NCBI GenBank assembly: GCA_963817385.1
Contig: CAWFOM010000005.1
Span: forward strand, 64,001 to 128,000
Length of the DNA stretch: 64,000 bases
Direction of reading: 5' to 3'
Origin: an uncultured delta proteobacterium
Lineage (GTDB): Bacteria > Desulfobacterota > Syntrophia > Syntrophales > UBA5619
Both the position numbers and the translations under genes were made by a program. The notes under the pieces were generated by a model. That model ran no database searches, was not told the origin of the DNA, and was given only the letters and a program-made list of their open reading frames with translations. Below, piece after piece: positions 52,289-62,170 of this stretch (its first letter is position 1; the number at the start of each line of letters is the position of its first letter).

Positions 52289-53284
52289 ATGATGAAAGCA
52301 ATTTTGATGGAACGACCCGGCCCGCCCGAGGTGCTGCGTTATGTTGATGTCCCCATGCCGGAGCCCGCTCCGGGGCAGGTTCTTGTCCGGGCACATTCCA
52401 TCGGCGTCGGGATGCCGGAGGTTCTGGTCCGGCGCGGCCAGTATGGCTGGATGCCGCCCTTGCCCGCCATTCCCGGGATCGAAATGAGCGGCGTGGTCGA
52501 GAAACTCGGCGAAAGCGTGACTTCGTTGAAAGTCGGGCAGGCGGTTTTCGTCTCGGCGCGCGAATTACCGGTACGGGGCGGCTGTTATGCCGAGTACATC
52601 GCGGCTGAGGCCGATGCGCTCTATCCATTGCCCGAGGGGGTTGATCTGGAAGCGGCCGCCGCGCTCTCCAACTACCAAGTTGCGTGGCATTTACTGTACA
52701 GTGCGCCGAATGGTATGCGTTACGAATCCTTTATGGCGACCGCCGCGGCGGGCGGGGTGGGCTCTGCCCTGGTTCAACTCGGGAAACTCGCCGACAAGCG
52801 TGTGATCGGGATGATCGATTCGGACGAGCGGGCCGCCTTCGTTCTCTCTCTGGGCGCCGATGGCGCGATCAACTATCGGACCGAGAGCGTCACCGAACGT
52901 GTGCGGGGATTAACGTCGGGTCGAGGCGTCGATGTGATCTTCGATTCCTTTGGCGGTCCGCGGTTCGCCGAGCAGTTTGAGCGTCTTGCGCCTTTCGGAA
53001 TGATCGTGTCCTATGGCTCTCTCGACGGCCCTCCGGACGGCGATGTGATGGGAGCCATTCACCAGCGGATTGCCGACTGTCTGGGCATGCGGATCTTTTC
53101 GATGCATGCGTTCGATCAGAATCGTTCGAAACGGCGGGAGGCGACGGAGGAGATATTCCGCCTGCTGGCGGCAGGCAAGATCCGACCGCCGATTTGGGCG
53201 CGACTGCCTCTCGCCGATGCCGGCAAGGCTCAAGCGTTCATCGAGAGCGGCAAGGTGCTCGGAAAAATCATCCTGAAACCGTGA
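52289..53284 (+). CDS. Zn-independent MDR / NADPH:quinone oxidoreductase family
   Basis: GPPEVL, LP.IPG.E.SG.V, G.YAEY, AAAGGVG, G.GVDVIFD, GKIIL. Confidence 0.88.
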   Translation: MMKAILMERPGPPEVLRYVDVPMPEPAPGQVLVRAHSIGVGMPEVLVRRGQYGWMPPLPAIPGIEMSGVVEKLGESVTSLKVGQAVFVSARELPVRGGCYAEYIAAEADALYPLPEGVDLEAAAALSNYQVAWHLLYSAPNGMRYESFMATAAAGGVGSALVQLGKLADKRVIGMIDSDERAAFVLSLGADGAINYRTESVTERVRGLTSGRGVDVIFDSFGGPRFAEQFERLAPFGMIVSYGSLDGPPDGDVMGAIHQRIADCLGMRIFSMHAFDQNRSKRREATEEIFRLLAAGKIRPPIWARLPLADAGKAQAFIESGKVLGKIILKP

Positions 53285-53354
53285 TAAACTGAGGGGGATT
53301 TCTCAGTTCCTTGCAGTATCGGTTTCCGTTTTTGGTTTTGCTTAGAGGAGGAGT

Positions 53355-54125
53355 ATGGGGCGGTTTGCAGATCTATCCGGTAAAGTGGCCATCGTAACCG
53401 GTGGCGCCGTCGGGATTGGCGGGGCGATCGGAAGCGCACTGGCCGAGAACGGCGTGTCCGTGGCGGTGGTCGACAATGACCCCATTGCCGCCGAAAAGAA
53501 GGCGGCGGAGCTCTTGGTTCTCGGCGCCGGATCCGCGGCAGTCGTCTGTGACGTCACCCAATCCGATCAGGTCCGACAAATGGTAGATGAAGTGGTGCAA
53601 CGGTATGGCCGCATCGACATTCTTGTCAACTGCGCAGGCAGCATGTTCGGCGGCAAAACGACTCTTACCGTGTCTCCCGAGGAGTGGGACAGCACCTTCG
53701 CTCTCTGCCTGAGATCCCACTACCTATGTGCGCGAGCCGTGCTGCCCCATATGATCGAGCGCGGCTGGGGACGCATCGTGAACATCTCCTCCGACGCAGG
53801 TCGTCTGCCGGTGCGCCTCACGAGCCCGGCCTATGCCGCCGCAAAGGCCGGGGTGATCGGCTTCACGAAGCATCTCGCGCTCGAGGTCGCGCGGCAAGGC
53901 ATCACGGTCAACGCGACAGTGCCGGGTACCACGTTCACACCCCGCACGCGGAAAACGTTCGCGTTGCATCCCGAAGAACTGAGGGAGCGTGAGGAGAGAA
54001 ACCCGATGGGCAGGCTGGCGGTACCGGAAGAGCAGGCAGGCATTGTCGTTTTTCTTGCCTCGGATGAGGCCCGCTACATCACCGGCGCAATCATGGAAGT
54101 TACCGGCGGCCTTTTGATGACATAG
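53355..54125 (+). CDS. Short-chain dehydrogenase/reductase
   Basis: TGGAVGIG, GRIDILVNCAG, NISS, YAAAK, YITG. Confidence 0.92.
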   Translation: MGRFADLSGKVAIVTGGAVGIGGAIGSALAENGVSVAVVDNDPIAAEKKAAELLVLGAGSAAVVCDVTQSDQVRQMVDEVVQRYGRIDILVNCAGSMFGGKTTLTVSPEEWDSTFALCLRSHYLCARAVLPHMIERGWGRIVNISSDAGRLPVRLTSPAYAAAKAGVIGFTKHLALEVARQGITVNATVPGTTFTPRTRKTFALHPEELREREERNPMGRLAVPEEQAGIVVFLASDEARYITGAIMEVTGGLLMT

Positions 54126-54182
54126 CTGGGTGCTGAAAAATACCCTGGTAGTCGTGCAGCAACGCCAATGGCAGGAGAGGCG

Positions 54183-54269
54183 GTATCGCAATAACATCGT
54201 ATCGTAATAACTTCTTGACAGACAGGGTTGCCCTTTGTATCGTATCCGTGTATGAGAGCAGGTTCTCAT
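54183..54269 (+). promoter_or_regulatory. Sigma70 promoter with an upstream direct repeat and a downstream palindromic operator
   Basis: TTGACA(54215)-17nt-TATCGT(54238); GTATCG(C/T)AATAAC twice at 54183 and 54199; ATGAGA-N6-TCTCAT at 54252-54269. Confidence 0.6.
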
Positions 54270-54358
54270 CAATTCCCGATCAAGGAACATCCCATCATTC
54301 ATGAGAAATTACTCGCAACCATCAACATAAAATAACATAAATAAAGGAGCGCATCACT

Positions 54359-54913
54359 ATGGAACTGTATCAAGCAATTGAAAAACGCAGAACAATCCGT
54401 AAATTCCGAGGGCCCGCCACCGAAGATCAGTTGAAGAAAATTCTCGCGGCCGGCACCCGATCACCTTCGGGCATGAACAAGCAAAATTGGGAATTCGTTG
54501 CTGTTGATGATCCGGGTATCATTGAGAAAATCAGCCAGGTCAAATACGTCTATAATCGCGGCAAAGCTGCAGGAGAAGAAGTGCCCGAAGAACAGGAAAA
54601 AGGAGCGCTGAAACAGAAGGATTCCTTTAAAAACGCCAGCCTCATCGTGGTCTATTGCAACCGGGAACTTGCCGATACCGCGGGTCCTTGGTTATGTATC
54701 GAAAATATGCTCCTTGCGGCGGTCGCCGAGGGCTTGGGCACACGGATTGCCCGCTTCGGCGGCGATGCGATCGGGCAAATCAACGCCATCCTTCATGCCC
54801 CCCAGCAAATGGAGCTGGTTGCGGCCATTTCCATCGGTCTCCCTGCAGAAGAACCCGCACCTCGCAAACTGAGGCCGGAGGGAAGCTGGCTGCACCGCAA
54901 CCGGTTCTCATAA
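54359..54913 (+). CDS. Nitroreductase family protein
   Basis: AIEKRRTIRKF, SPSG.N.Q.WEF, ENMLLAA.AEGLG. Confidence 0.9.
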   Translation: MELYQAIEKRRTIRKFRGPATEDQLKKILAAGTRSPSGMNKQNWEFVAVDDPGIIEKISQVKYVYNRGKAAGEEVPEEQEKGALKQKDSFKNASLIVVYCNRELADTAGPWLCIENMLLAAVAEGLGTRIARFGGDAIGQINAILHAPQQMELVAAISIGLPAEEPAPRKLRPEGSWLHRNRFS

Positions 54914-55017
54914 CGCTGCCTTAGCCGCCTCTCATTCCCTGGGTTTTCCCCTGCAAACGGAAACGGAAGGGGTTCCATTGTCTCAACGTGAATTGATTTA
55001 TCGTCACCGGAGGGAAA

Positions 55018-55383
55018 ATGAAGATATTCAAAATTGATGACTATTTGAAGTTGAATAATCCGACCCCCGGAAAGGTGCATCGTCAAGAGATCCTCACCCC
55101 GGATCATCACGCCAATGAACTGGGCGGTATTTTCGGCATCATCGTTGCGCGAAGTAAAGGGGATTACCACTATCACAATCGGCGTGAATCCTTGCTGTTG
55201 ATCATCAGCGGTGAAGCGGCGGAATACGTTGAAGGTAAAGAACACCCGATCAAAGCCGGCGACGTGATCTTCATCCGACCGGGAGAAAAGCACACCATTG
55301 TGAATCACTCGGATAACGATCTCCGCTTTTTGGAGTTCTTCACGCACCCCCCGGTAAGTGCGGACAAAATTAGCGTCGAGTAA
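55018..55383 (+). CDS. Cupin-domain protein
   Basis: HYH..RE....ISG, GDVIFI.PGEKH...N. Confidence 0.88.
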   Translation: MKIFKIDDYLKLNNPTPGKVHRQEILTPDHHANELGGIFGIIVARSKGDYHYHNRRESLLLIISGEAAEYVEGKEHPIKAGDVIFIRPGEKHTIVNHSDNDLRFLEFFTHPPVSADKISVE

Positions 55384-55440
55384 CGCCGGAGAGAATGAAG
55401 AAGTTACATATGTCAAATATATTTCCAGAAAGGATATACA

Positions 55441-56655
55441 ATGGATTATGGGAGAGGATTAATTGGCGTTGATTGGGAAGAGCGGGTCAATTTTGACCGA
55501 TTAAGGAAAAGCAGGATAGAGAAGGTCAGAAAAGCGGTCCTGGATTCGGGAGTCGACCTCCTGCTCACGTTCAGACTGGAAAATATTCGCTATGCGACCG
55601 CACTGAGGACCCATGACTGGCCTCAGGCCCATTTCGGTATGGCTGCACTGGCCATCACCTCCAGGAGCCAGGAATTTCTTTACACCCTGGATTATCATCA
55701 TGTGAAAGCCAGAGCTCCCTGGCTATGGAGTTCCCTGGCCGAGGATGCGAAGGGAGAGCCGGTCACATCACGGGGCCTGGAAACGGAGACGGGTTCCACG
55801 GTTTGGGCGCAGGATGTTCTCAAAAGATGTAAGAAGCTGGACATCAAAGTGAAAAGGGTGGCGGTGGATATGTATTCTCCCGGTCTTGCCTATGCGCTTC
55901 CCAGGGTTTTCAAGGATGCGGAGTTCGTCAACGGTCAGGATGTCATGATCAAGGCGCGTTCCATCAAGACTCCGGATGAAATTCTCTGTCTCAAGATTGC
56001 CTACGATATGACGATGTCGGGCATGTATGAAGCCAAAGAGTTTCTCAGACCCGGCGTCCGTGAATGCGAAGTACTGGCGGTCGCATTCAAGAGGTTTTAT
56101 GATCTTGCCGGCGAATGGACTCAGTGTTCGAATATCGTTTGCTCGGGCCCTTATACCGCTCCGTACCGGCGCTTTACATCAGACAGAATCATCGCCGACG
56201 GCGATCCGGTGATCATCGATATCGGAAGCCGTTTCAACGGTTACTGGGGGGATTACACCAGAACATGGATCTGCGGCGACAAGGCCCCTTCGAAGGAGCT
56301 TGTGAAGCTGCATGTGCGGGCTTATGAGGGCTTGAAAAGGGCGCAGAAGGCCATCAAGCCGGGCGCAACGACTGAGGAGGTGGCGCTCGCCTGCGGCGAG
56401 GAGCAGATATTAAACCACAGTCTCGGGCATGGAATCGGCGTGGGCGCAAACGATGTGCCTTTTATCGGCATCTATCCGGGCGTGACCGGAAAAGACGCAC
56501 GCAAACTCGAAGTGGGAATGGTCTTCTCGATCGAACCTTACGCGGGGAAGCCGGGTATCGGCGGTATCCGCCTGGAAGACAATTTTGTCGTGACGGAGGA
56601 TGGGTGTGAGTGCATCAGCGCAGGAACTCCTTTTGAGAAAATGCTGATGGGGTAG
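55441..56655 (+). CDS. M24 (pita-bread fold) metallohydrolase
   Basis: VDWEERVNFDRLR, NIRYAT, IK.PDEI, IIDIG...GY.GD.TRT, GHGIG, SIEP, RLED. Confidence 0.85.
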   Translation: MDYGRGLIGVDWEERVNFDRLRKSRIEKVRKAVLDSGVDLLLTFRLENIRYATALRTHDWPQAHFGMAALAITSRSQEFLYTLDYHHVKARAPWLWSSLAEDAKGEPVTSRGLETETGSTVWAQDVLKRCKKLDIKVKRVAVDMYSPGLAYALPRVFKDAEFVNGQDVMIKARSIKTPDEILCLKIAYDMTMSGMYEAKEFLRPGVRECEVLAVAFKRFYDLAGEWTQCSNIVCSGPYTAPYRRFTSDRIIADGDPVIIDIGSRFNGYWGDYTRTWICGDKAPSKELVKLHVRAYEGLKRAQKAIKPGATTEEVALACGEEQILNHSLGHGIGVGANDVPFIGIYPGVTGKDARKLEVGMVFSIEPYAGKPGIGGIRLEDNFVVTEDGCECISAGTPFEKMLMG

Positions 56656-56681
56656 CCGTTATAAAAAATTTGAGGAAAAGC

Positions 56682-57647
56682 ATGTACAAGGTGAAGTCCA
56701 CCTCCCTCGATTTCGGCAAAATGGATCGAGGTCCGATCGATTTCCTGATCGAGAATGGTTGCGAATTTGAATCTGTGCAGATCGACGCCAATTCCGAGGA
56801 ACAGGGCATTGAAGCGGCGAGAGAAGCGGATGTCCTGGTCGTCGGTTTGCAGCGAATCACCGAAAGGGTGCTCGATGCTGCAAAGCGGCTCAAGGTCATC
56901 GGGAGGTGCGGTGTCGGGCTCGATAACATCGATTTGAAGGCCGCCGGCGCAAGGCGGATTCCGGTCGTGTATACGCCGGGCGCCAACGCACAGACGGTGG
57001 CAGACCTTACCCTTGGCCTTATGCTTGCCCTGGTCAGAAAAATTCCCCAGGCCGACAGGATGACAAAGGGGGGCGAATGGAAAAGGATCATGGGCAATGA
57101 TGTTTGGGGAAAGACCCTGGGAATATTCGGCCTTGGCCAAATCGGATTCAACGTGGCCAGACGGGCGAAGGGCTTCGACATGAACATCATTGCGTACGAT
57201 CTTTTTGAGAACCTGCCGTTGGCAGGAGAGTTGGGCATCGAATACAAAAGCAAGGCGGAGATCCTCAGAGAGGCGGATTTCATCACCCTGCATCTGCCGC
57301 TGAATCCGGAAACACTAAAATTTATCAGTGATGGTGATTTGAAAGCCATGAAAAAAAACGCGGTCCTTGTCAATACGTCCCGAGGCGGAATTGTTGACGA
57401 GAAGGCGCTCTATCTGGCCTTGAAGTCGGGAACGATCGCCGGCGCCGCTCTCGATGTCTTTGAACATGAACCGCCGGGGCAAACCCCGCTGGTTCAATTG
57501 GATAACTTTATCGGTTGTCCCCACATCGGAGGCATCACGACCGAGGCTATCGCCCGGATAGGGATGACGGTTTCCCGGGACATTGTCTCGGTCCTGAAGG
57601 GCCGGACGCCGAAATTCCCGGCGAACAAAGAATGGATGGCCTCGTAA
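56682..57647 (+). CDS. D-2-hydroxyacid dehydrogenase (SerA-like, no ACT domain)
   Basis: GVGLDNID, GIFGLGQIG, LHLPL, NTSRG..VDE, ALDVFE.EP, PHIGG. Confidence 0.9.
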   Translation: MYKVKSTSLDFGKMDRGPIDFLIENGCEFESVQIDANSEEQGIEAAREADVLVVGLQRITERVLDAAKRLKVIGRCGVGLDNIDLKAAGARRIPVVYTPGANAQTVADLTLGLMLALVRKIPQADRMTKGGEWKRIMGNDVWGKTLGIFGLGQIGFNVARRAKGFDMNIIAYDLFENLPLAGELGIEYKSKAEILREADFITLHLPLNPETLKFISDGDLKAMKKNAVLVNTSRGGIVDEKALYLALKSGTIAGAALDVFEHEPPGQTPLVQLDNFIGCPHIGGITTEAIARIGMTVSRDIVSVLKGRTPKFPANKEWMAS

Positions 57648-57651
57648 AAAA

Positions 57652-58575
57652 ATGAGCAGAGTCAAGGAAAAGATATCCTCGGTGGGAGTAATCGGGCTCG
57701 GCTTCATGGGTTCGGCGATATCCGCAAGTATTGCTAAAGAGGGTTTTCACTTGACCGGATTCGATATCGCCCGGGAAAGAGTGGCCATGCTGGTTGAAAC
57801 GGGCGGTGAGGCCGCACCGTCTTCCCGGGAGGTTGCTGAAAATGTTGACATGATACTCACTTCGCTTCCCAGCCTGACCGCTTTTGAGGATGTCATATGG
57901 GGAGAGCGGGGGATATTGTCCTCCAGGCGGAAGGGTTTGACCGTCATGGAGTGCAGCACCTTATCGGTTGAGGATAAGCGAAAAGCCCATGATGATATGA
58001 AAAAATCCGGTATGGTTCTCCTTGATTGCCCGATCAGCGGGGGAATACGGGCTGCCGAAAAAGACCTTGTCGTGTATGGCAGCGGAAATCAGGAAGCATA
58101 TGAACGGTGTCTCCCGGTCGTCAACGGTTTTGCCAGGGCAAACTATTACCTTGGAGAATTCGGCAACGGAACGAAAATGAAGATCCTGGCCAACCTTCTG
58201 GTCGCTATCCACAATGTGTCATCCGCAGAAGCGATGGTTTTGGGGATGAAGGCCGGATTGGATCCGGAACTGATTTATCAAGTCATGAACGACAGCTCGG
58301 GACGTTCGCGCATGTTTGAAGTTCGAGGGCCGCGCATGGTGGGGAACGATTATGAAAATCCCAGCATGAAAGTGAAGGTATTCCAGAAGGATTTAAAAAT
58401 CATTGAAAGTTTTGCTTCACATCTTAATTGTCCGACGCCGTTATTTGCAAGCTGCATTCAAGTCTATTTGGGCGCTATGGCCCTGGGTTTTGAAAACAAA
58501 GATACCGCTTCCGTATGCGCTGTCTTAGAGGAATGGGCACATTTGAAACGGACTGAGCGCAAACGACGCAAGTAA
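57652..58575 (+). CDS. beta-hydroxyacid dehydrogenase (3-hydroxyisobutyrate/threonate DH family)
   Basis: IGLGFMG, ECST, DCPISG, G.GTKMK..ANLL, KD. Confidence 0.88.
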   Translation: MSRVKEKISSVGVIGLGFMGSAISASIAKEGFHLTGFDIARERVAMLVETGGEAAPSSREVAENVDMILTSLPSLTAFEDVIWGERGILSSRRKGLTVMECSTLSVEDKRKAHDDMKKSGMVLLDCPISGGIRAAEKDLVVYGSGNQEAYERCLPVVNGFARANYYLGEFGNGTKMKILANLLVAIHNVSSAEAMVLGMKAGLDPELIYQVMNDSSGRSRMFEVRGPRMVGNDYENPSMKVKVFQKDLKIIESFASHLNCPTPLFASCIQVYLGAMALGFENKDTASVCAVLEEWAHLKRTERKRRK

Positions 58576-58594
58576 TTCAACAAGGAGGAAGGCA

Positions 58595-60136
58595 ATGAAA
58601 GAAGTCAAGATAATAGAGAGATGGGTGAGGATCATCTCCGCCCTGGCCGTTGCGGGAATTCTGCTGATGTCCACGGGTAACGTTTGCGCGGCGCCTCAAG
58701 GGACGCTGAAGCAGGCCATCCACTGGTCTTTTTCAGCCGACTGGTTTGATCCATCCATGGGCAGCTTCCCGATCCCCGCCTACCATCCCTTGTATCTCTT
58801 TCATGATGCCCTGCTCAAGCCGATGCCCGGAGGCCTTTTCACCCCAAGTGTGGCAGAGTCATGGACCATCAGTGAAGATTCCAAGACTTTTGAGTTCAAA
58901 ATCCGCAAGGGCATTAAATTTCACAATGGAGATGTTTTGACGGCCGAGGATGTGGCGTTTACCATCAAACGATACAAAGGGGCCAACGCCAAAACAATCC
59001 AGAGCCGGATTGAGAAAGTAGAAGCGTTGAATCCCAACCTGGTACGCATTCAATTCACGGAAAGCTTCCCCGATTTCCTCGAGTATATGCTGCCGGGAGC
59101 GACGACCATTGCCTGGATTGTCCCCAAGAAGTACATAGAAAAGGTCGGGGATATGGAATTTAAGAAGCATCCCATCGGCGCCGGCCCTTACAAGTATGTA
59201 GAGTCTGTTCCCGGGGTCAAGCTGGTTGCGGAAGCATTTGAGGGATACTGGAGGAAGACGCCGAACATCAAACATCTGGAGTTTTACAACATCCCCGAGC
59301 CGGCAACCCGACTGGCCATGGTCAAGCGGGGCGAGGCCGATATCGCCACGCTCATGCAGGGGGTCTATTATGAAGATTTAAAGAAAACTCCGAATCTGCG
59401 GGTACTGGCCCCCTTGAGCCCGGTTAACTGGATGGCCTACCTCGGCGCCCAATGGGATCCCAAATCGCCGTGGGCCGACCCGCGGGTGCGCAAAGCGGCA
59501 AGCCTGGCCATAGATCGACAGACGCTGGCGGATATCCACATGCCTGGCTGCGGGCCGGTAGGGACGCTGGCGATGAGCAACGACCCGACGGCCGTTATTT
59601 TCCCGGCGGATCCGTATGACCCGGCGGGGGCCAAGAAGCTTCTGGCCGAAGCCGGATACCCTTCCGGTTTCAACGGGGGAAAGTTTTATCCTTATGAGGG
59701 AGGATACTGGCCCTTCGGCGAACAGGTAGCCACCTACTGGAAGGCCGTAGGCATCAATGTGGAAACGGTCCTGTTGGATAAACCGGCGCTTTTAGCCCAG
59801 AGGGCGGCAGGAAAGATGAAAGATGCGGTCTTCATCGATAACCCGACCGCGCCCACGGTCGGACTGCGCCTGAGCAACCTTTTCAGCGGCGGTTCTTACG
59901 GGAATTACCCCGACATCGCAGAACTCTGGAACAAATACCAAAAAGAACCATCGCAGAAAGTCCGCAAAACACTGAGCGAGAAGATTCAGACCCTTGTCCA
60001 CGAGAGGAGGATGTGGCTCCCCTTGACTAACACCAACTCTCCGGCGGCTATCGGTCCCAGGGTGAAGGGGAACCCGTATAAGATCCAGCCGATGATCTGG
60101 TTCACGGCCCCCTTTGAAGATATTGAATTGAATTGA
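58595..60136 (+). CDS. ABC transporter substrate-binding protein (family 5, peptide/nickel type)
   Basis: Signal peptide; F.IRKGIKFHNG..LTAEDV.F, PIGAGPY, DPRVRKA..LAIDR, YDP..AKKLLAEAGYP.GF. Confidence 0.9.
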   Translation: MKEVKIIERWVRIISALAVAGILLMSTGNVCAAPQGTLKQAIHWSFSADWFDPSMGSFPIPAYHPLYLFHDALLKPMPGGLFTPSVAESWTISEDSKTFEFKIRKGIKFHNGDVLTAEDVAFTIKRYKGANAKTIQSRIEKVEALNPNLVRIQFTESFPDFLEYMLPGATTIAWIVPKKYIEKVGDMEFKKHPIGAGPYKYVESVPGVKLVAEAFEGYWRKTPNIKHLEFYNIPEPATRLAMVKRGEADIATLMQGVYYEDLKKTPNLRVLAPLSPVNWMAYLGAQWDPKSPWADPRVRKAASLAIDRQTLADIHMPGCGPVGTLAMSNDPTAVIFPADPYDPAGAKKLLAEAGYPSGFNGGKFYPYEGGYWPFGEQVATYWKAVGINVETVLLDKPALLAQRAAGKMKDAVFIDNPTAPTVGLRLSNLFSGGSYGNYPDIAELWNKYQKEPSQKVRKTLSEKIQTLVHERRMWLPLTNTNSPAAIGPRVKGNPYKIQPMIWFTAPFEDIELN

Positions 60137-60204
60137 TTTAAACAGGAGCGACAGACTATCTTGTCCGTCGCTCCACCAGGCAACGATATGGGCCACCTTT
60201 CTTC

Positions 60205-60684
60205 ATGAAAAAATTGAATAAAAAGAAGGTAAGGACTCATTGTAGCATATTGTTCCTGTGTTCCTTTTCCATTTTCCTTATGTCTTGCCTGAGCTGGATA
60301 CTGGAGAAGCCATCCTTCATCCTTCGCGGGGTCATCGTCAGTCCCCGCTCCTTCACCGAGATGAATCTTCTCATCGGTCTCGATGTACAAAATCCGAATC
60401 GTTTTGACCTTACTCTCAAATCTTTCGAATGCACCATTTATCTAAGAAATGAGGAAATCGGAAAGGGCCGCCTGAAAAATGAACTCCTGATCCCCTCATC
60501 ATCAACAACACAGATACAGGTACCGATCGATGCAAAGCTCATAGACCTTGGAGGAAGCTTGAGGGCCATTTTGACAGGGGGTGACCTGCCTTATAAGATA
60601 GAGGGTATGGCCGATGTCAGGACCGCATTCGGAAGCCTCAATTTCCTTTTCTCGAAAGAGGGATCTACCAATTTGGAAAATTAG
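60205..60684 (+). CDS. LEA type 2 / WHy domain protein
   Basis: L.VQNPN.FDL.L, LPY.I.G. Confidence 0.75.
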   Translation: MKKLNKKKVRTHCSILFLCSFSIFLMSCLSWILEKPSFILRGVIVSPRSFTEMNLLIGLDVQNPNRFDLTLKSFECTIYLRNEEIGKGRLKNELLIPSSSTTQIQVPIDAKLIDLGGSLRAILTGGDLPYKIEGMADVRTAFGSLNFLFSKEGSTNLEN

Positions 60685-60859
60685 GGCGTGTGAAGTTGTA
60701 CAAGAGGCTTTCGATCTGGGTATAAACTGGTGGCAGAATGAATCTTGTCAATATGCGGGATAAGCAGATCACTATTGAACTTGATCCCAACAAAGCGAGA
60801 ACTCCTGGAAGAGATGAAACAGGTTCAGTGATCCATGGTGAAAGGCGAAAGAGACGCGT

Positions 60860-61711
60860 ATGACCATTATCGAAACCATTAAAATCCGAAAGTCCTGCCG
60901 GACATATAGCAACAAAGCCATTGAGCTTGAGAAGTTAACTGAATTGAGACAAATCCTGGTGTCGAACACAAAAACGCCTTTCGGAAGCAAGGTCCGCTTT
61001 CATCTCATGGATTTCAACGAAATGAATATCAGCGAGCTCAAGAATCTTACCACCTATGGCGTCATCAAGGGGGCCAGGCAATTTATCGTCGGTACTGTTG
61101 AAAAGCAACTGAGGGCCATGGAAGATTACGGCTATTGCATGGAGAAAAATATTTTGCAGGCAACCTCTATGGATCTAGGAACCTGCATGGTGGGTGGAAC
61201 TTTCAAAAGAAGCGGCTTTGCTGATAACATTACCCTTGATGAAGGTGAATTATTGCCGGTCATCAGTCCTGTTGGATATTCCAGCGATAAGAGATCAATA
61301 GTAGACAGGACGTTTAGATTTATTGCCGCATCAGATAAGAGAAAACCTTGGAATGAACTTTTTTATCTTCAAGACATGGACACTTGTCTTGATAAAGAAA
61401 ATTCCGGCAGCTTTGACACGCCGCTTGAATGTGTCAGGATGGCTCCTTCGGCGTCTAACAAACAACCCTGGCGAATCATCAAGAGTAGAGATCAAAATGC
61501 CTTTCATTTTTATCTTAAAAGGACACCGGGATATGGGAATATTGGCAAAGATATCAAACTCCAAAACGTTGATATGGGTATTGCCATGTGTCATTTTGAT
61601 CTGTCGGCAAAGGAGCTCGGGTTAACAGGAGATTGGAATGTCAACGATCCTCAAATCCAATCAGACGGTATGGAATATATAGTAAGTTGGATAGCCCATG
61701 ATCAAGCTTGA
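60860..61711 (+). CDS. Nitroreductase family protein (two-domain type)
   Basis: IRKSCRTY, TYGVIKGA, GY.ME..IL, VRMAPSASN.QPW, VDMGIAM.HF. Confidence 0.88.
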   Translation: MTIIETIKIRKSCRTYSNKAIELEKLTELRQILVSNTKTPFGSKVRFHLMDFNEMNISELKNLTTYGVIKGARQFIVGTVEKQLRAMEDYGYCMEKNILQATSMDLGTCMVGGTFKRSGFADNITLDEGELLPVISPVGYSSDKRSIVDRTFRFIAASDKRKPWNELFYLQDMDTCLDKENSGSFDTPLECVRMAPSASNKQPWRIIKSRDQNAFHFYLKRTPGYGNIGKDIKLQNVDMGIAMCHFDLSAKELGLTGDWNVNDPQIQSDGMEYIVSWIAHDQA

Positions 61712-61739
61712 AAAGCGAAGATAAATGAGGTGTGGGGGC

Positions 61740-62105
61740 ATGAAAATACCAAATACCAATATTACTCTTGAGGAACTCCTGGACCAACTACCGATAAGGA
61801 TACAGTATGTGGACAAGGATGGTTTCCTGCGCTATCTGAATAAAGCCGACGCATCACACCCTGCAAATGGGAAGAGAGAGGTTGGGGTTAACATCCGGGA
61901 CTGTCATGCTCGTCCGGAAAGTCTTGAGATGATCGGCCGCATATTTAAAGACTTCAGACAGGGACGGAAAGAACCGCACTTCTATGTTTCGTCAGCAGGA
62001 AATAAGTCGATCAAGGTTCCCATCTTCGATGAACAAGGGGAATTTATCGGAGTCCTCTCCTTTTCGCATCCAGTCGGGATTCCAACAAACAGCAGGACGT
62101 TCTAA
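61740..62105 (+). CDS. Stand-alone PAS-domain protein
   Basis: LLDQLP..I.YVDKDG..RY.N, VG.NI.DCH, PIFDE.GEFIG. Confidence 0.8.
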   Translation: MKIPNTNITLEELLDQLPIRIQYVDKDGFLRYLNKADASHPANGKREVGVNIRDCHARPESLEMIGRIFKDFRQGRKEPHFYVSSAGNKSIKVPIFDEQGEFIGVLSFSHPVGIPTNSRTF

Positions 62106-62170
62106 CCGATGCGACAGATTAGTGGAATACAAGGCGCCGGGATTTAGGCCCAATAAAACCGAAAGGTCAT

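Noticed and set aside
55441..56655. DMSP lyase DddP call
   Set aside because: Only general resemblance; it has DIG where I recall DddP having a DTD acidic pair, and there are no clear acrylate-CoA genes nearby.
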